From assembly GCA_963662435.1 (NCBI GenBank), contig OY759598.1:2574507-2638506 (forward strand): 64,000 bases of DNA. The letters run 5' to 3'. Below, one piece after another: positions 39,370 to 49,882 of this stretch. The notes beneath the pieces were generated by a model that was not told the origin of the DNA, did not search any database, and worked only from the letters and a program-made list of their open reading frames with translations. Positions within the stretch are counted from its first letter, which is position 1. Every line of letters starts with the position of its first letter. This DNA is from Dehalococcoidia bacterium (GTDB taxonomy: Bacteria; Chloroflexota; Dehalococcoidia; Lucifugimonadales; VXLM01). The translations under genes were made by a program, and so were the position numbers.

Positions 39370-41892
39370 GTGGAGAACAGCGACATGATTACTCAGCCAA
39401 CAAACGAATACCTCACTCGCGAACGGCTGACCGACCTCGCCCAGTTCGCCGTTCCCGACGGCCACGACCTGTGGCCCCGGATCGAGAAGGCCGCGCGCAC
39501 GTCCGCATCCGGCACCACGACCCCGAGACCGGGATTCCTGTCGCTGGGCTTCTCTCGCGCCTGGACGGCAGTGGGAGTCCTCTTCATCGCGGCGACGTTC
39601 GCAGCCCTCGGCTTCGGACTGGCAGTCCTCGTGTTCTCCAACGGCCACGACCAGGTGCCGGCGGCCCCTGTCACGCCGACGCCCACGTCTAATTCCGTCC
39701 AGCAGGCCCAAGTCTTACCCTCGAACATTGAGGGTTACACTCGCCTGGTGGAGCAGGACCCCGCCAATCTGGAGTCGATTGTCGAAGAGAATATTGAGAC
39801 GTTGAATGAGTACATAACAACAGACATCACCGACCCCCACAACTACGTGGAGCGCGGAGCCGCCTATGTGACCCTGTACGCATACAGGACTGACTCATTG
39901 AACAGAGCCGAAAGCTTCCTTGAACAAGCGGTTGCAGACTTTACAGCGGCCATCGAACTCGATCCGTTTAACGCGGGGGCCTACATAGGGCGAGGAGAGG
40001 CCTACGACCATTGGCAGCAAAGGGACAGGGCCGTCCAAGAGTACGGCATGGCAATCAAGCACCTCACCGAATCAATCAGTCTCGATTCCCAAAACGTGAA
40101 GGCCCTTCTCGAGCGTGCATACGCATATCAACACCTAGGTGAAATCGATAAGAGTATTCAAGACTTGGATTCCGCCATTGGACTTGAGCCCGACAATCCG
40201 TGGACTTACCAAAGTCGCGCAGGTTTGAACTTGCAGAGAGGTGAGATTGACTCTGCCATTCGGGACCTCGACACGGCGATACGTCTCGATCCTAGTTTGA
40301 CATACTCCTACAGTTCCCGAGGGGGCAGTTACGCTCAATCCGGAGATTATGACAAGGCACTAATGGACTACGACATGGCAGTTAGTCTCAACCCAAACTT
40401 TCGATGGGCGTACGGCAACCGAGGGAATGTCTACTCGGAGTTGGGTGATTACGAAAGAGCGATTCAAGACTATGGCAGGGCTATCGCAATCCGTCCATAC
40501 TCCGCTGCGTATATAAACCGGGGCATTGCCTACTACCACTTAGGCGAATATGACAATGCGATTCAAGACTATAGTAGCGCCATTGATCGATTTCCCGATT
40601 ACCCTCAAACCTACGTTGACCGAGGGGATGCCTACTATATGAAGGGCGAATTCGACAGAGCGATAGAAGACTACGAAAGGGCTATCAGCCTCGAGGCCAA
40701 CATCCCTGGTGCATACTACGGCAGGGGTTTGACCCATGCGTCACTTGGAAACGTGTCGAAGGCGCAGACGGACCTCAACAAGGCGCTTTCGCTGGGGCAC
40801 GACAGCGGCGAAGTAGAGGCCGCGCTCAAAGAACTGGATGACAGCGCCGATCCTGCATCAACCGCCACGCCGCCAGCCACCCCCAACTCATGGGTCAGCG
40901 AAAACGGATTCATCCAGTTCACGACGGGCGACGATCCGCTCGACGACCCTCTACCTGGTACCCACCAATGGTGTATCCATCCCTCGAATGCCCCCAAAGA
41001 ACCTGCTGGCCCCTGGCTCGTGCCGTCCAAGCTGCCGGAGGGCATGGAGCAGACCATTCGAGACCAAATGTTTCAGCTAACCCTGTTCCGCGCGTTCCGA
41101 AGCTCAACGGATCGCATTTCGATGTGGCAGGGACTGTGCGCGACTCGGAAGCTAAATCCGGCAATGTACAGGGCAATCCAAGTCGGCGACCGCACGGCAT
41201 ATGTAACCGCCGGAAGGGGCCAGCCCGCCGGCGGAAGCGCCCCCACGTTCGACCCGAATGACGCCAGTTCACTCATCATGGACATCGGTCACGGCACTGT
41301 AGAATTCAGCGTATTCGGTTCGGTGACGGTCGACGAACTCGTGGCGATGGCGGCCTCTCTTGTGCCGGAAGAGCTCTCCGAAGCCGAGCAAGGACCATAT
41401 CCACAAGCCGTCCTAGATGCGCTGGGAACGGGCTTCGGCCCCGTGTACGTGCCAAGCAAACTGCCGGACGGCTATGAGGTGCTCGGTCAGCTACAGGCCC
41501 GTCAGGAAGCACTGGAACCTATTACTTCTCGTCAGTCGTACGCACGTGCAGTAGATGGCCTCTGCGCGTTTCGCCTTAGCCAAGCAGCCTTCCGCCGACA
41601 GTTCCCGGATGTCGTGCAACGTGCCCAACGCGGCGACGAGACAACGTACACGACCACGGATGAATCCGGTCAGGCGGTCAGCGCCACGGCGAAGTGGGGC
41701 ACGGTGGAACTCGACGGCGTCACCATCTACGCACAGGAATTCTCTGCACAGCCTCGCAACGAGTACACTGACGTCTACTTCCAGTCCCAGGAAGTGTGGT
41801 TCAACTTGACGATCAGCACAACGCCCTATTGTGAACACTCGCTGGAAATGGTCGCGGAGATCGCGTCGTCGCTCGGACCCCTCCAACCGTAG
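39370..41892 (+). CDS. Putative membrane anti-sigma factor with extracytoplasmic TPR array and two repeated C-terminal domains
   Basis: DLWPRI N-terminal motif, one TM, P/T linker, many TPR units (AY.NRG..Y..LG.YD.AI.DY..AI), duplicated VPSKLP.G domains. Confidence 0.75.
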   Translation: MENSDMITQPTNEYLTRERLTDLAQFAVPDGHDLWPRIEKAARTSASGTTTPRPGFLSLGFSRAWTAVGVLFIAATFAALGFGLAVLVFSNGHDQVPAAPVTPTPTSNSVQQAQVLPSNIEGYTRLVEQDPANLESIVEENIETLNEYITTDITDPHNYVERGAAYVTLYAYRTDSLNRAESFLEQAVADFTAAIELDPFNAGAYIGRGEAYDHWQQRDRAVQEYGMAIKHLTESISLDSQNVKALLERAYAYQHLGEIDKSIQDLDSAIGLEPDNPWTYQSRAGLNLQRGEIDSAIRDLDTAIRLDPSLTYSYSSRGGSYAQSGDYDKALMDYDMAVSLNPNFRWAYGNRGNVYSELGDYERAIQDYGRAIAIRPYSAAYINRGIAYYHLGEYDNAIQDYSSAIDRFPDYPQTYVDRGDAYYMKGEFDRAIEDYERAISLEANIPGAYYGRGLTHASLGNVSKAQTDLNKALSLGHDSGEVEAALKELDDSADPASTATPPATPNSWVSENGFIQFTTGDDPLDDPLPGTHQWCIHPSNAPKEPAGPWLVPSKLPEGMEQTIRDQMFQLTLFRAFRSSTDRISMWQGLCATRKLNPAMYRAIQVGDRTAYVTAGRGQPAGGSAPTFDPNDASSLIMDIGHGTVEFSVFGSVTVDELVAMAASLVPEELSEAEQGPYPQAVLDALGTGFGPVYVPSKLPDGYEVLGQLQARQEALEPITSRQSYARAVDGLCAFRLSQAAFRRQFPDVVQRAQRGDETTYTTTDESGQAVSATAKWGTVELDGVTIYAQEFSAQPRNEYTDVYFQSQEVWFNLTISTTPYCEHSLEMVAEIASSLGPLQP

Positions 41893-41938
41893 CCCCGTTA
41901 CCCCTCAACCTACGCCAGCATATCCAGCAGCGCCGTCC
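41877..41938 (+). repeat. Left copy of 62-bp imperfect direct repeat
   Basis: 55/62 identical to 43576-43637. Confidence 0.85.
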
Positions 41939-42026
41939 TCCTGAGGTCGGTCCCCGAAAAGTACCTTGCATCGTGCTAAACGGAGACGTAAGATGTAATC
42001 TATCTAATAACTAACAGACTTCTCAG

Positions 42027-43382
42027 ATGACTACCCGACTGATTCTTCCGCTGATGTTCGCCTTCGCAGTCGTCGCGCTTGCGGCATGCTCGGAGTCGCC
42101 GACGCAATACCCTGAGCCATCAACCCTGTCCAGTATTGCTGACAGGACCGTTCTGGTCACACTTTACAACTCTACTAACGGAATTGGATGGAAACATAGT
42201 GACAACTGGCTGAGCGACAAGCCGATAGGTGAATGGCACGGGGTCACAACTGACGACGAAGGCCGTGTCACCCAATTGATTCTTGCAGAGAACGGGTTGA
42301 TCGGAGAGATACCGCTCGAGCTAGGCGACCTTGCTTACCTGTCAAGATTGGAACTCCCCGGAAACTTGCTGATTGGCTATCTGCCCCCAGAGTTAGTCAA
42401 CCTGACCAACCTGTCTGTCCTCGACCTCTCAAAGAACCACCTGATTGGCGGGATACCTTCTGAACTGAGCACCCTCACGATTTTGGAATCGCTTAAACTC
42501 CATGAGAATGGTTTGAGTGGCGAGATACCCTCCGAACTAGGCGAGCTATCCGACTTGCGAGAACTCAACCTCTCTCGGAATCAACTGATAGGCGAGATTC
42601 CGCCGGAGTTGGGTAACATAGCAAATCTCACGGAGTTGAATCTTCGAGGAAACCAATTGACGGGGTGTATTCCCGATAGATTGGAATATGTGGGCCAAAC
42701 CCTCCCTACAGATATTGGCCTCGCGTTCTTTTGTGGTGACGGTGCGTTACGCGGCCGACTGCTGTTCAGGTTGTTGGGAGAAGAAGTACTTGAAATATAC
42801 ACCATGAAACTTGGCGGGACGGAAGCCATAGAGCTCCCGGATGCCTATGGATGGTGGTCTGCCGTATCCCCCGACGGACGCCGAATTGCGGCTGTACGGT
42901 ATGGTGACATTTACGTGATGAACGCTGACGGATCGGGCAGGACGCAACTCACAGATCACACTGGGAGCGATTCGATGCCAAGCTGGTCGCCCGACAGCAA
43001 TCAAATAGCGTTCCACTCCGAGAGAGACGGGAATTTTGAAATATACGTGATGAATGCCGATGGGTCCGGTAAGACACGCCTTACTAACCATCCGGAGAAC
43101 GATCGTAATCCGCATTGGGCACCCGATGGTCGGAGAATGTTGTTCAACGCGCATCGAGACGGAAACAGAGGGCTATACGTCATGAACACGGATGGAACGA
43201 ACGTGACACTTCTCATGACCAGGCCTGAGTGGGTCTACGAAGCATCGTGGTCGCCCGACGGTCGACGGATCGCGTTTACGTTGAACACGTCGGAAGGCAT
43301 CGAGTGGCACTCTGACATTTATGTGATGAACGCCGACGGGTCGGATGTGACACGGCTCACCGGGCCTGCCCCCAAACATTAG
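42027..43382 (+). CDS. Lipoprotein with leucine-rich repeats and TolB-like PD40 propeller; C-terminus frameshifted
   Basis: Lipobox LAAC; LRR N.L.GEIP.ELG.L; WSPDG and IYVMNADG repeats; repeats continue in the +1 frame to 43548. Confidence 0.85.
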   Translation: MTTRLILPLMFAFAVVALAACSESPTQYPEPSTLSSIADRTVLVTLYNSTNGIGWKHSDNWLSDKPIGEWHGVTTDDEGRVTQLILAENGLIGEIPLELGDLAYLSRLELPGNLLIGYLPPELVNLTNLSVLDLSKNHLIGGIPSELSTLTILESLKLHENGLSGEIPSELGELSDLRELNLSRNQLIGEIPPELGNIANLTELNLRGNQLTGCIPDRLEYVGQTLPTDIGLAFFCGDGALRGRLLFRLLGEEVLEIYTMKLGGTEAIELPDAYGWWSAVSPDGRRIAAVRYGDIYVMNADGSGRTQLTDHTGSDSMPSWSPDSNQIAFHSERDGNFEIYVMNADGSGKTRLTNHPENDRNPHWAPDGRRMLFNAHRDGNRGLYVMNTDGTNVTLLMTRPEWVYEASWSPDGRRIAFTLNTSEGIEWHSDIYVMNADGSDVTRLTGPAPKH

Positions 43383-43548
43383 GAAGCCCGTTTGGTCGCC
43401 CGACGGTCAGTGGATAGCGTTCACCTCGAGTCGAGACGGGAACTACGCGGAAATATACGTCATGAAGGCGGATGGAACGAGCGTAACACCACGCCTCACG
43501 GACAACCCCGATAGACTTGACAATGTGATGGCATGGATAGATCCATAG
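43375..43548 (+). pseudogene. Out-of-frame last PD40 repeat of the upstream gene
   Basis: +1 frame reads [57 protein letters not shown]. Confidence 0.8.
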
Positions 43549-43575
43549 CTGAATCGCCGCCCCCGAACCCCCGGA

Positions 43576-43637
43576 ACCCCTCCAACCGTAGCCCCGCTAC
43601 CCCTCATCCTCCGCGAGCATGTCCAACAGCGCCATCC
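43576..43637 (+). repeat. Right copy of 62-bp imperfect direct repeat
   Basis: 55/62 identical to 41877-41938. Confidence 0.85.
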
Positions 43638-45024
43638 CCAGGAACGCCGACGTGCCCAGAAGCTCCGTCTCGACGAACTCCAGCTTGTCGTCCGGCGTGT
43701 GGATACGCGAAAAGTCCTCGCCCAGGAAGAAGATGTGGTCGATTCCCGCCTCGTGGAACGGGGCGTGATCGCTGCTGCCCCAGTTCATGGTGTAGCGTAT
43801 TCTGATGTCGATTCCCTGCTCCTCAGCATACGATTCCACCATTCGCTGAAGGCTTGACGTTCCCAGCGTCGCCGTTGTTGGTCCCGACCCCAGCGCGTCG
43901 AAGTTCATCATCGCCACCGTCGAGTCGATCTCCTCACCCGAGAGCTGTCCGACATAGTGCTGGCTACCGTGCAGTCCTAGCTCCTCCGCTCCGAACGCGA
44001 TGAACCGCACCGTGAATGGGTATTCTCTGTCTGCAATCTCCTCAGCGATGGTCAGCAGAGTCGCGATCCCTGAGCCGTTGTCGTTCGCGCCGGGCACGTT
44101 CGGCACCGTATCGTAGTGCCCACCGAGTACGACGACCCTCCCATCGTCGGCCGTCCCCGGCTTGTCTGCAATGACGTTCCGGGACTCCTCCGTATACTCG
44201 AGACTGATCGCCGCCGTCACCGGGCCGTCCTCCATCATCCCCTTGAGCATCACCCCGTCCTCCTGCGAGACCGCCACTGCCGGAATCGTCTCCTCGCCCA
44301 GCGCTCCCACGAACGGCCCCGGCTCATTGTTGTACACGACCGCCCCGATTGCACCTGCCTTGAAGACCGCCGTGACCTTCTCATCGAACGTGATCTCGCC
44401 CCGCTCGATCAGAGCGATCTTGCCGTCAAGGCCGTCACTTGGAATATCCTCCGGCAGCGCCTTCCCTACCTCCACGACTTCCGCCGTGACTTCTCCAACC
44501 GCCGTCATCCACATCGGGAATGCCCTGATATCCAACACCTCCGGCTCGACGATGCTCAGCAGCCGACCGAAGGGCGAGATCGACTGCACCTCGAAGGGCT
44601 GAATCGATGCCTCGTACCCGAGCGCGGCGAACTCGTCTCGCAGGTACTCCGCAGCCGCAACCTCCTCCTCCGTACCACTCGACCTCGGGCTGAGTTCGTT
44701 GGTCAGGAACTCCAGCGCCTCCATGGTCACCGCGCCTAACCGCCCGACTTCCGGGTTCTGAGGAATAGCCTCTCGCTCGACGGTCGGGATGACCGCCTGC
44801 GTGGTCGTTGCGGACGTGGGACTCGGCGGGACGTAGGTGGTCGGCGATGGCTCCGGCGTCGCCGTCGGCAACGTCGGGGTGCTGGCAGCCGTCGGAACAG
44901 GTGTGGGCTCGGGGTCCGATCCGCAAGCTAATAGCGCGAGCGCAATGGCCCCCAGCAACCACAAGGCTGTGACGCGCAGAATCGGTGAATTCAATCGGCT
45001 CTCCTGAAATGCGGAAACCACCAC
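43597..45024 (-). CDS. M28 aminopeptidase with PA domain, P/T-linker lipoprotein
   Basis: Lipobox LLAC; GGHYD, GANDNGSG, GAEELGL, SDHAPF, HTPDD. Confidence 0.9.
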   Translation of the reverse strand: MVVSAFQESRLNSPILRVTALWLLGAIALALLACGSDPEPTPVPTAASTPTLPTATPEPSPTTYVPPSPTSATTTQAVIPTVEREAIPQNPEVGRLGAVTMEALEFLTNELSPRSSGTEEEVAAAEYLRDEFAALGYEASIQPFEVQSISPFGRLLSIVEPEVLDIRAFPMWMTAVGEVTAEVVEVGKALPEDIPSDGLDGKIALIERGEITFDEKVTAVFKAGAIGAVVYNNEPGPFVGALGEETIPAVAVSQEDGVMLKGMMEDGPVTAAISLEYTEESRNVIADKPGTADDGRVVVLGGHYDTVPNVPGANDNGSGIATLLTIAEEIADREYPFTVRFIAFGAEELGLHGSQHYVGQLSGEEIDSTVAMMNFDALGSGPTTATLGTSSLQRMVESYAEEQGIDIRIRYTMNWGSSDHAPFHEAGIDHIFFLGEDFSRIHTPDDKLEFVETELLGTSAFLGMALLDMLAEDEG

Positions 45025-45098
45025 ACTCTCGCCAACGCTTGTACTCTTGAAAACGTCGCGACGTGTGGGATGTTAGGCAGACCGGCTCGGACGCCTCA

Positions 45099-45977
45099 CT
45101 AGTCAACACGCCACACGCGGGTCTTCCCGTCTGCAGACGCTGCTGCGAGCATGCTGCCGTCCGGGGAGAACGCCACGCCGTACATGCCCTTCACCTTCGT
45201 CGTGGCCGCTCCAATGCGCTCGTATGGCTCAGTCGAGTAGAGCGCTGCCCCGCCGGAGTACGTCATGCCCAATCGCCTACCGTCCGACGAAAGACACACC
45301 ATGAACGGGCGCTCTTCGGCAACGGGAATCTCCCGCTCGACCGTCCGGTCGGCCAGCGAGTGTACTAGTATCCTCCCGTCGTAGCCCAGCGACCACAGCC
45401 GTCCGCCGTCGGGGTCGAGCTGCAACGAACCTGCAGCCGTCGTGTGCCCCTCCAGCGCCCCGATAGACTCGCCGCTCTCAACGTCCCAAAGCAGTATCTC
45501 TCCCCCAATTCCCGCCGAGGCCAGCGTCGCTCCCCCGTCGACGAACTCGACGGAAATGACATTCTTCTTGTGCCCCTTGAGCGCGACCGCATCGCCTTCT
45601 TCCTCCAACGGCCACAGCCGCACCGTGCCGTCATACGACGCCGACGCCGCCAACCGGCCATCCGGCGAAGTCCTGACCGCCGCGACCGTGTTCGTATGCC
45701 CCTTATGAGTGCGAAGCAACGTCCCTTCACGAAAGTCCCAGACGCACACCGTCCTGTCGGTCGACCCCGTCACCAGCGTCCCGCCTTCACCCGTGAATGC
45801 CCCGCAGTTGACACTCTTCCCATGCCCTTCCATCGACCGCGTGAGCTCGAATCCCGGTACCGTCCATACCTTCACCTCCGGGTCCTGCCCCAACGTGACC
45901 AGCTCCCCGCCGTCCGGAGTGAAAATAGCCGCCTGGGCGTGCCGTGCCGATGACTGAATATCCGCGATGAGTTCCAT
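45099..45977 (-). CDS. WD40 repeat protein
   Basis: Seven GH...D..V..W repeats; start placed at MELIADIQ. Confidence 0.88.
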   Translation of the reverse strand: MELIADIQSSARHAQAAIFTPDGGELVTLGQDPEVKVWTVPGFELTRSMEGHGKSVNCGAFTGEGGTLVTGSTDRTVCVWDFREGTLLRTHKGHTNTVAAVRTSPDGRLAASASYDGTVRLWPLEEEGDAVALKGHKKNVISVEFVDGGATLASAGIGGEILLWDVESGESIGALEGHTTAAGSLQLDPDGGRLWSLGYDGRILVHSLADRTVEREIPVAEERPFMVCLSSDGRRLGMTYSGGAALYSTEPYERIGAATTKVKGMYGVAFSPDGSMLAAASADGKTRVWRVD

Positions 45978-46114
45978 GAGGGATGTCCTGATTCGGAGGG
46001 TGATATCTGGGAGACGAATACTCCCTCTCCTTGGGCCAATATACATGAGAGCGGTAATCCCCGTCATTTCCACAGCGATGCCGCCGTTCCAATGTAACCA
46101 TTAGTTCGCCTACT

Positions 46115-46174
46115 CCATTCGGCCTGAGCCTGTCGAAGGCCAAATCGTGGTTCGACGGGCTCACCAAGAATGGA
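46115..46174. repeat. REP family A inverted pair
   Basis: CCATTCGGCCTGAGCCTGTCGAAGGCC ... GGTTCGACGGGCTCACCAAGAATGG. Confidence 0.75.
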
Positions 46175-46285
46175 CCTTGAAGAGTCTCTAGCGAGGTACA
46201 CGCCCACTTTGCGGCCCAACCCCTCATGTGCTTCAATGTCTATCGCAATGCCTAACGCCCTCTACCATTGCGGTAAGCCCACTCC

Positions 46286-48256
46286 ATGAGAATTACATCT
46301 CTAGCCTGCGCGCTCATCTTCACCGCTTTCTTCCTGGTCGCGTGCGGCGACGACCCCGAACCCACACCATCCCCTACGCCCACAAACACACCGACTGCCA
46401 CTCCCACGGCCACACCTACAGCCACTCCCGTACCTACCCCGACGGCGACTCCCATTCCTACAGCTACGCCAACTCCGGCACCTCAGACGGCCAATAACCC
46501 AACGGCCACGCCGGCAACCGCTCCTTCCTCTCTGACGTCCGGCCCCGCGGGCGCCATCATTGATACCGCACGCAACGCCATGTCCGAGGTTGTCACCTTT
46601 GCGCTGGAGATCGACATCCTCCTCGATGTCAGGACCGGCGGCCTGCAAATAGAAGTTCCGGTCAAGTACGAAGCCGACCTCCACGCCATTGGCTACAGCT
46701 CCGCCGACCTCACAATTACCATCCCCTTCCAGGTCGTAGAGTCGAAGCTCATCACATCGAGCGGGACGAACTACATCCTCGACGACACGACCAACACGTG
46801 GGAACGACTCCCGGGCGATTCTCCCTTCTTCGCCGGACCAAGCGTATTCCTCGGGTCTGACGCGAGTGGAGTCACAGACCTCTCCCTCGTCGGAAGCGAG
46901 ACCCTCGACGGCACGGACACGGTTGTCGTTTCGGCGAAGAGGCCGGGCGTTGAGATCGGCGGGGCAACCGGCGACCTCGATGTCGTCTACTGGATCGGGG
47001 CGGAGGACAACCTGCTCCGCAAGGTCGAGGCAAGCGGTCTTGTCGAGTTCGGCGAACAGGGCGTCCCTGGCCTGGACCTCAGCATACCCTCCGCCAACGC
47101 GACCCTCACCGCGCGATTCTTCGACTATGGCAAACCGGTCGAGATAACCACACCCGAGCTTGCCCTGCCACGATTCGATCACAAGGCATTCCTGCTGGAC
47201 GATGGGCGAATCTTCGTAACCGACGGGTTCGCGACAACTACCTACAACGATAATGACCTGATTTTTCCAATTCCGATAGCGCAGACCTACGATTCCGAGT
47301 CCGGCATCTGGCTGCTTGAAGAGCTAAGTCTGGAGTTGCAGGACCTGCTGCAACTGAAATGGATCTCCTACCAATCATCAGTCAAGCTGGCCGATGGCAG
47401 GATACTGAGGCTCGGGCTCAGTGTAGACGAAATGTGGACCGAGTCCGTGATCGAGACTGAGATCTTCGACCCCGGCTCCGACTCCTGGACGCCTGCGCAA
47501 GACCCTCCCACGCGTCGCATGGGGCCTGACGCGGTGCTCCTCGACGACGGTCGCGTTCTCGTATTTGGTGGTTTTGAGGTTGACTTCTCCGGTTCTCAAG
47601 GCGGTGGCACGACGGAATTCCTTGGTGCGACTGACATATTCGACCCGGATACGGGCGAGTGGCGACAAGCGGACGCCATGGACCAGCCCCTATTCAATCA
47701 AGCTGCCGTCCTCCTGTCTGACGGCAGGGTGCTCGTTGTGGGCGGGGGCTTGAGCGACGGTACGGAATCCGCTCGTGCCGAAATATACGACCCGGACGCG
47801 GACACCTGGACGCCAACTGAGGACATGGGTATTGGGCGCGGACGGCCTAATGCGGTCCTGCTCCCCGACGGAAGGGTGCTCGTCACCGGCGACCGGCGCT
47901 CCGACCTTAGCTCCACCACTGGCAAGGTCGAAATATTCGATCCCGAAACCGGAACGTGGACGCCGGCCGACGACCTGTCCCGGCCTAGCGCCGGACATTC
48001 ACTGACTCTCCTTCCCAACGGAAAAGTGCTAGCGGCAGGTGGGTCGCATCCCGTGCAGATCGATTCCGGTGTCTACGTCACGACCGAGATATTCGACCCC
48101 GCTGCCAACTCGTGGTCGCCCGGCCCCGAACTCTCCGAACCTCGCACCAACCACTCCGCCACCCTCCTACCCGAAGGAAGAGTCCTCTTGATCGGGGGCG
48201 TCGCACCGGGTAGCCAGTTCTTCCCTCTCACATCCATGGAGTTCGTCACGCCGTAG
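46286..48256 (+). CDS. Lipoprotein: P/T linker, LppX/LolA-like domain and Kelch repeats
   Basis: Lipobox LVAC; TPTATP linker; YWIG..D.LLRK...TARFFDYGKPVEI; repeated LLxDGRVL..GG...EIFDP....W. Confidence 0.82.
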   Translation: MRITSLACALIFTAFFLVACGDDPEPTPSPTPTNTPTATPTATPTATPVPTPTATPIPTATPTPAPQTANNPTATPATAPSSLTSGPAGAIIDTARNAMSEVVTFALEIDILLDVRTGGLQIEVPVKYEADLHAIGYSSADLTITIPFQVVESKLITSSGTNYILDDTTNTWERLPGDSPFFAGPSVFLGSDASGVTDLSLVGSETLDGTDTVVVSAKRPGVEIGGATGDLDVVYWIGAEDNLLRKVEASGLVEFGEQGVPGLDLSIPSANATLTARFFDYGKPVEITTPELALPRFDHKAFLLDDGRIFVTDGFATTTYNDNDLIFPIPIAQTYDSESGIWLLEELSLELQDLLQLKWISYQSSVKLADGRILRLGLSVDEMWTESVIETEIFDPGSDSWTPAQDPPTRRMGPDAVLLDDGRVLVFGGFEVDFSGSQGGGTTEFLGATDIFDPDTGEWRQADAMDQPLFNQAAVLLSDGRVLVVGGGLSDGTESARAEIYDPDADTWTPTEDMGIGRGRPNAVLLPDGRVLVTGDRRSDLSSTTGKVEIFDPETGTWTPADDLSRPSAGHSLTLLPNGKVLAAGGSHPVQIDSGVYVTTEIFDPAANSWSPGPELSEPRTNHSATLLPEGRVLLIGGVAPGSQFFPLTSMEFVTP

Positions 48257-48330
48257 CAATCGAAACTGCCATGTGGCACACTGTTTCCCTGCAACCGACC
48301 TGACCCGGCTCCTGCGGGGGAATCTCAAAA

Positions 48331-48687
48331 TTGACAACATCGCACACTGATCACTTAGACGAGCTACAGCTCGCCGTCCGCCGTGCCATCGACGACGGCA
48401 GCCTCGGCACGCCCCGCTTCGCAAGGTTCGTGGCATACTCCCCCCTCTCAGGCCTCACGTCCATCACCGCAAACCGGCTCGCAGCCATGTCAGAGGGCTG
48501 GTTTGGAAAAGCGTGCGCCGACCGCACGACCCGGCGCCATCCATCCGGAACATCAGTAACTGACCTTCTCAAGTGGCCGGACGGTCAAGGCGCGCTGATA
48601 GTCGTCTCATCCTCCCCGCAGGCAACCGGCACGAGCATCGATCTCATGCTACTCGGCAGTCGCGGTGTCCTGTATCACGAGGCCTGA
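48331..48687 (+). CDS. Hypothetical protein resembling a Gfo/Idh/MocA C-terminal domain
   Basis: VRRAIDDGSLGTP start and LLGSRG end; same strand, 11 nt before the Gfo gene. Confidence 0.6.
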   Translation: MTTSHTDHLDELQLAVRRAIDDGSLGTPRFARFVAYSPLSGLTSITANRLAAMSEGWFGKACADRTTRRHPSGTSVTDLLKWPDGQGALIVVSSSPQATGTSIDLMLLGSRGVLYHEA

Positions 48688-48698
48688 GGGGTAGTATC

Positions 48699-49859
48699 GT
48701 GTCGAAACTTGGTGTCCTCCTCATAGGCGGCAAGCGCTCCCACCAGGAGAGCCATGCCAACGTATTCTCAAAGCACCCCCGCTGCCGCCTCGTTGCCGTA
48801 GCCGACGAGGCCGACGCCCCGGACATGCGACACGAGCTCAACCAGGAGCTCGCCGACGATCACGGCATACCCTACATCCGTGACGTCGACGAGGCCCTCG
48901 CGAGGCCCGACGTGCAGATCGTCAGCATGTGCGCCCGCATCGAGCGACGCGGCGTCGTAGCCGTCAAGTGCGCTGAGGCGGGAAAGCACGTCTACCTCGA
49001 CAAGCCCCTCTGCGGAAGCGTCGAGGCCGCCGACGCCATCGTCGAGGCCATGGACAATGCCGGTGTCGTCAACCAGATGTACTCAACTGTCCACGCCGGC
49101 TGGGTCCAACGCGCCAAGCACGCCATAGATAGCGGCGCGCTAGGCACCCTTCGAGCCATCCACTGCGAGGAGCTCTTCGCCAAGGGACCGCCAGGTACTG
49201 CGCCAGAGGATATCGTCCGCAATGAAAAGGAGCGCCACACCGATTTCACGTTCCCGGAGTCCAAGCGCGAGATGTTCGACATAGGCGTCTACCCGCTCAC
49301 CGCCATCCGCTGGCTCACGGCAAGAAAGGCCGAGTCCGTCACCGCCCTCACCGGAAACTACTTCTTCGCAGAGCACGTCGAGAACGACACGGAGGACTTC
49401 GGAGCGATCTCCGTGCAGCTCGAAGGCGGCATCTCCGCCTCGATCATTGCCGGACGATTCGGCTACATGAGCCACCCCGGCGGCGGAGTCCAGCGCATCG
49501 TCCTCGTCGGCGATAAGGCCACTGCCACCTTCGACGCCAACAGCCCACGCATCGAGGTCTACAACACCGACCCCAACTTCGTTCAACCTGAGCGAGACCC
49601 CTTCGACCCCATGAGGATGTGGGGCTCCACCGACGAGCGCGTACCCATGATGCCCCGCAACCGCTGGCGTCGCCTCGACGGTGGCCGCGATGTCATGATC
49701 GACGACATCGCCGCCTTCGTCAATTGCATCGAGAACGAAGACCGTCCCCTCATCACCGCCCGCGAGGCCGCCCAACCAGTCGAGATACTCATGGCCGCCT
49801 TCATGTCCGCCGCCCGAAACGAAGAAGTACAACTCCCGATACCCCGAAACTCGACATAG
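48699..49859 (+). CDS. Gfo/Idh/MocA family oxidoreductase
   Basis: AGKHVYLDKP, IDSGALG, FDIGVY, EDFG; GTG start at 48699. Confidence 0.88.
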   Translation: MSKLGVLLIGGKRSHQESHANVFSKHPRCRLVAVADEADAPDMRHELNQELADDHGIPYIRDVDEALARPDVQIVSMCARIERRGVVAVKCAEAGKHVYLDKPLCGSVEAADAIVEAMDNAGVVNQMYSTVHAGWVQRAKHAIDSGALGTLRAIHCEELFAKGPPGTAPEDIVRNEKERHTDFTFPESKREMFDIGVYPLTAIRWLTARKAESVTALTGNYFFAEHVENDTEDFGAISVQLEGGISASIIAGRFGYMSHPGGGVQRIVLVGDKATATFDANSPRIEVYNTDPNFVQPERDPFDPMRMWGSTDERVPMMPRNRWRRLDGGRDVMIDDIAAFVNCIENEDRPLITAREAAQPVEILMAAFMSAARNEEVQLPIPRNST

Positions 49860-49882
49860 GCAACACCACACACAGGGGCTCA

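Noticed and set aside
46360..46520. Tandem DNA repeats (also 44820-44910 and 59630-59720)
   Set aside because: Encode Pro/Thr linkers of lipoproteins
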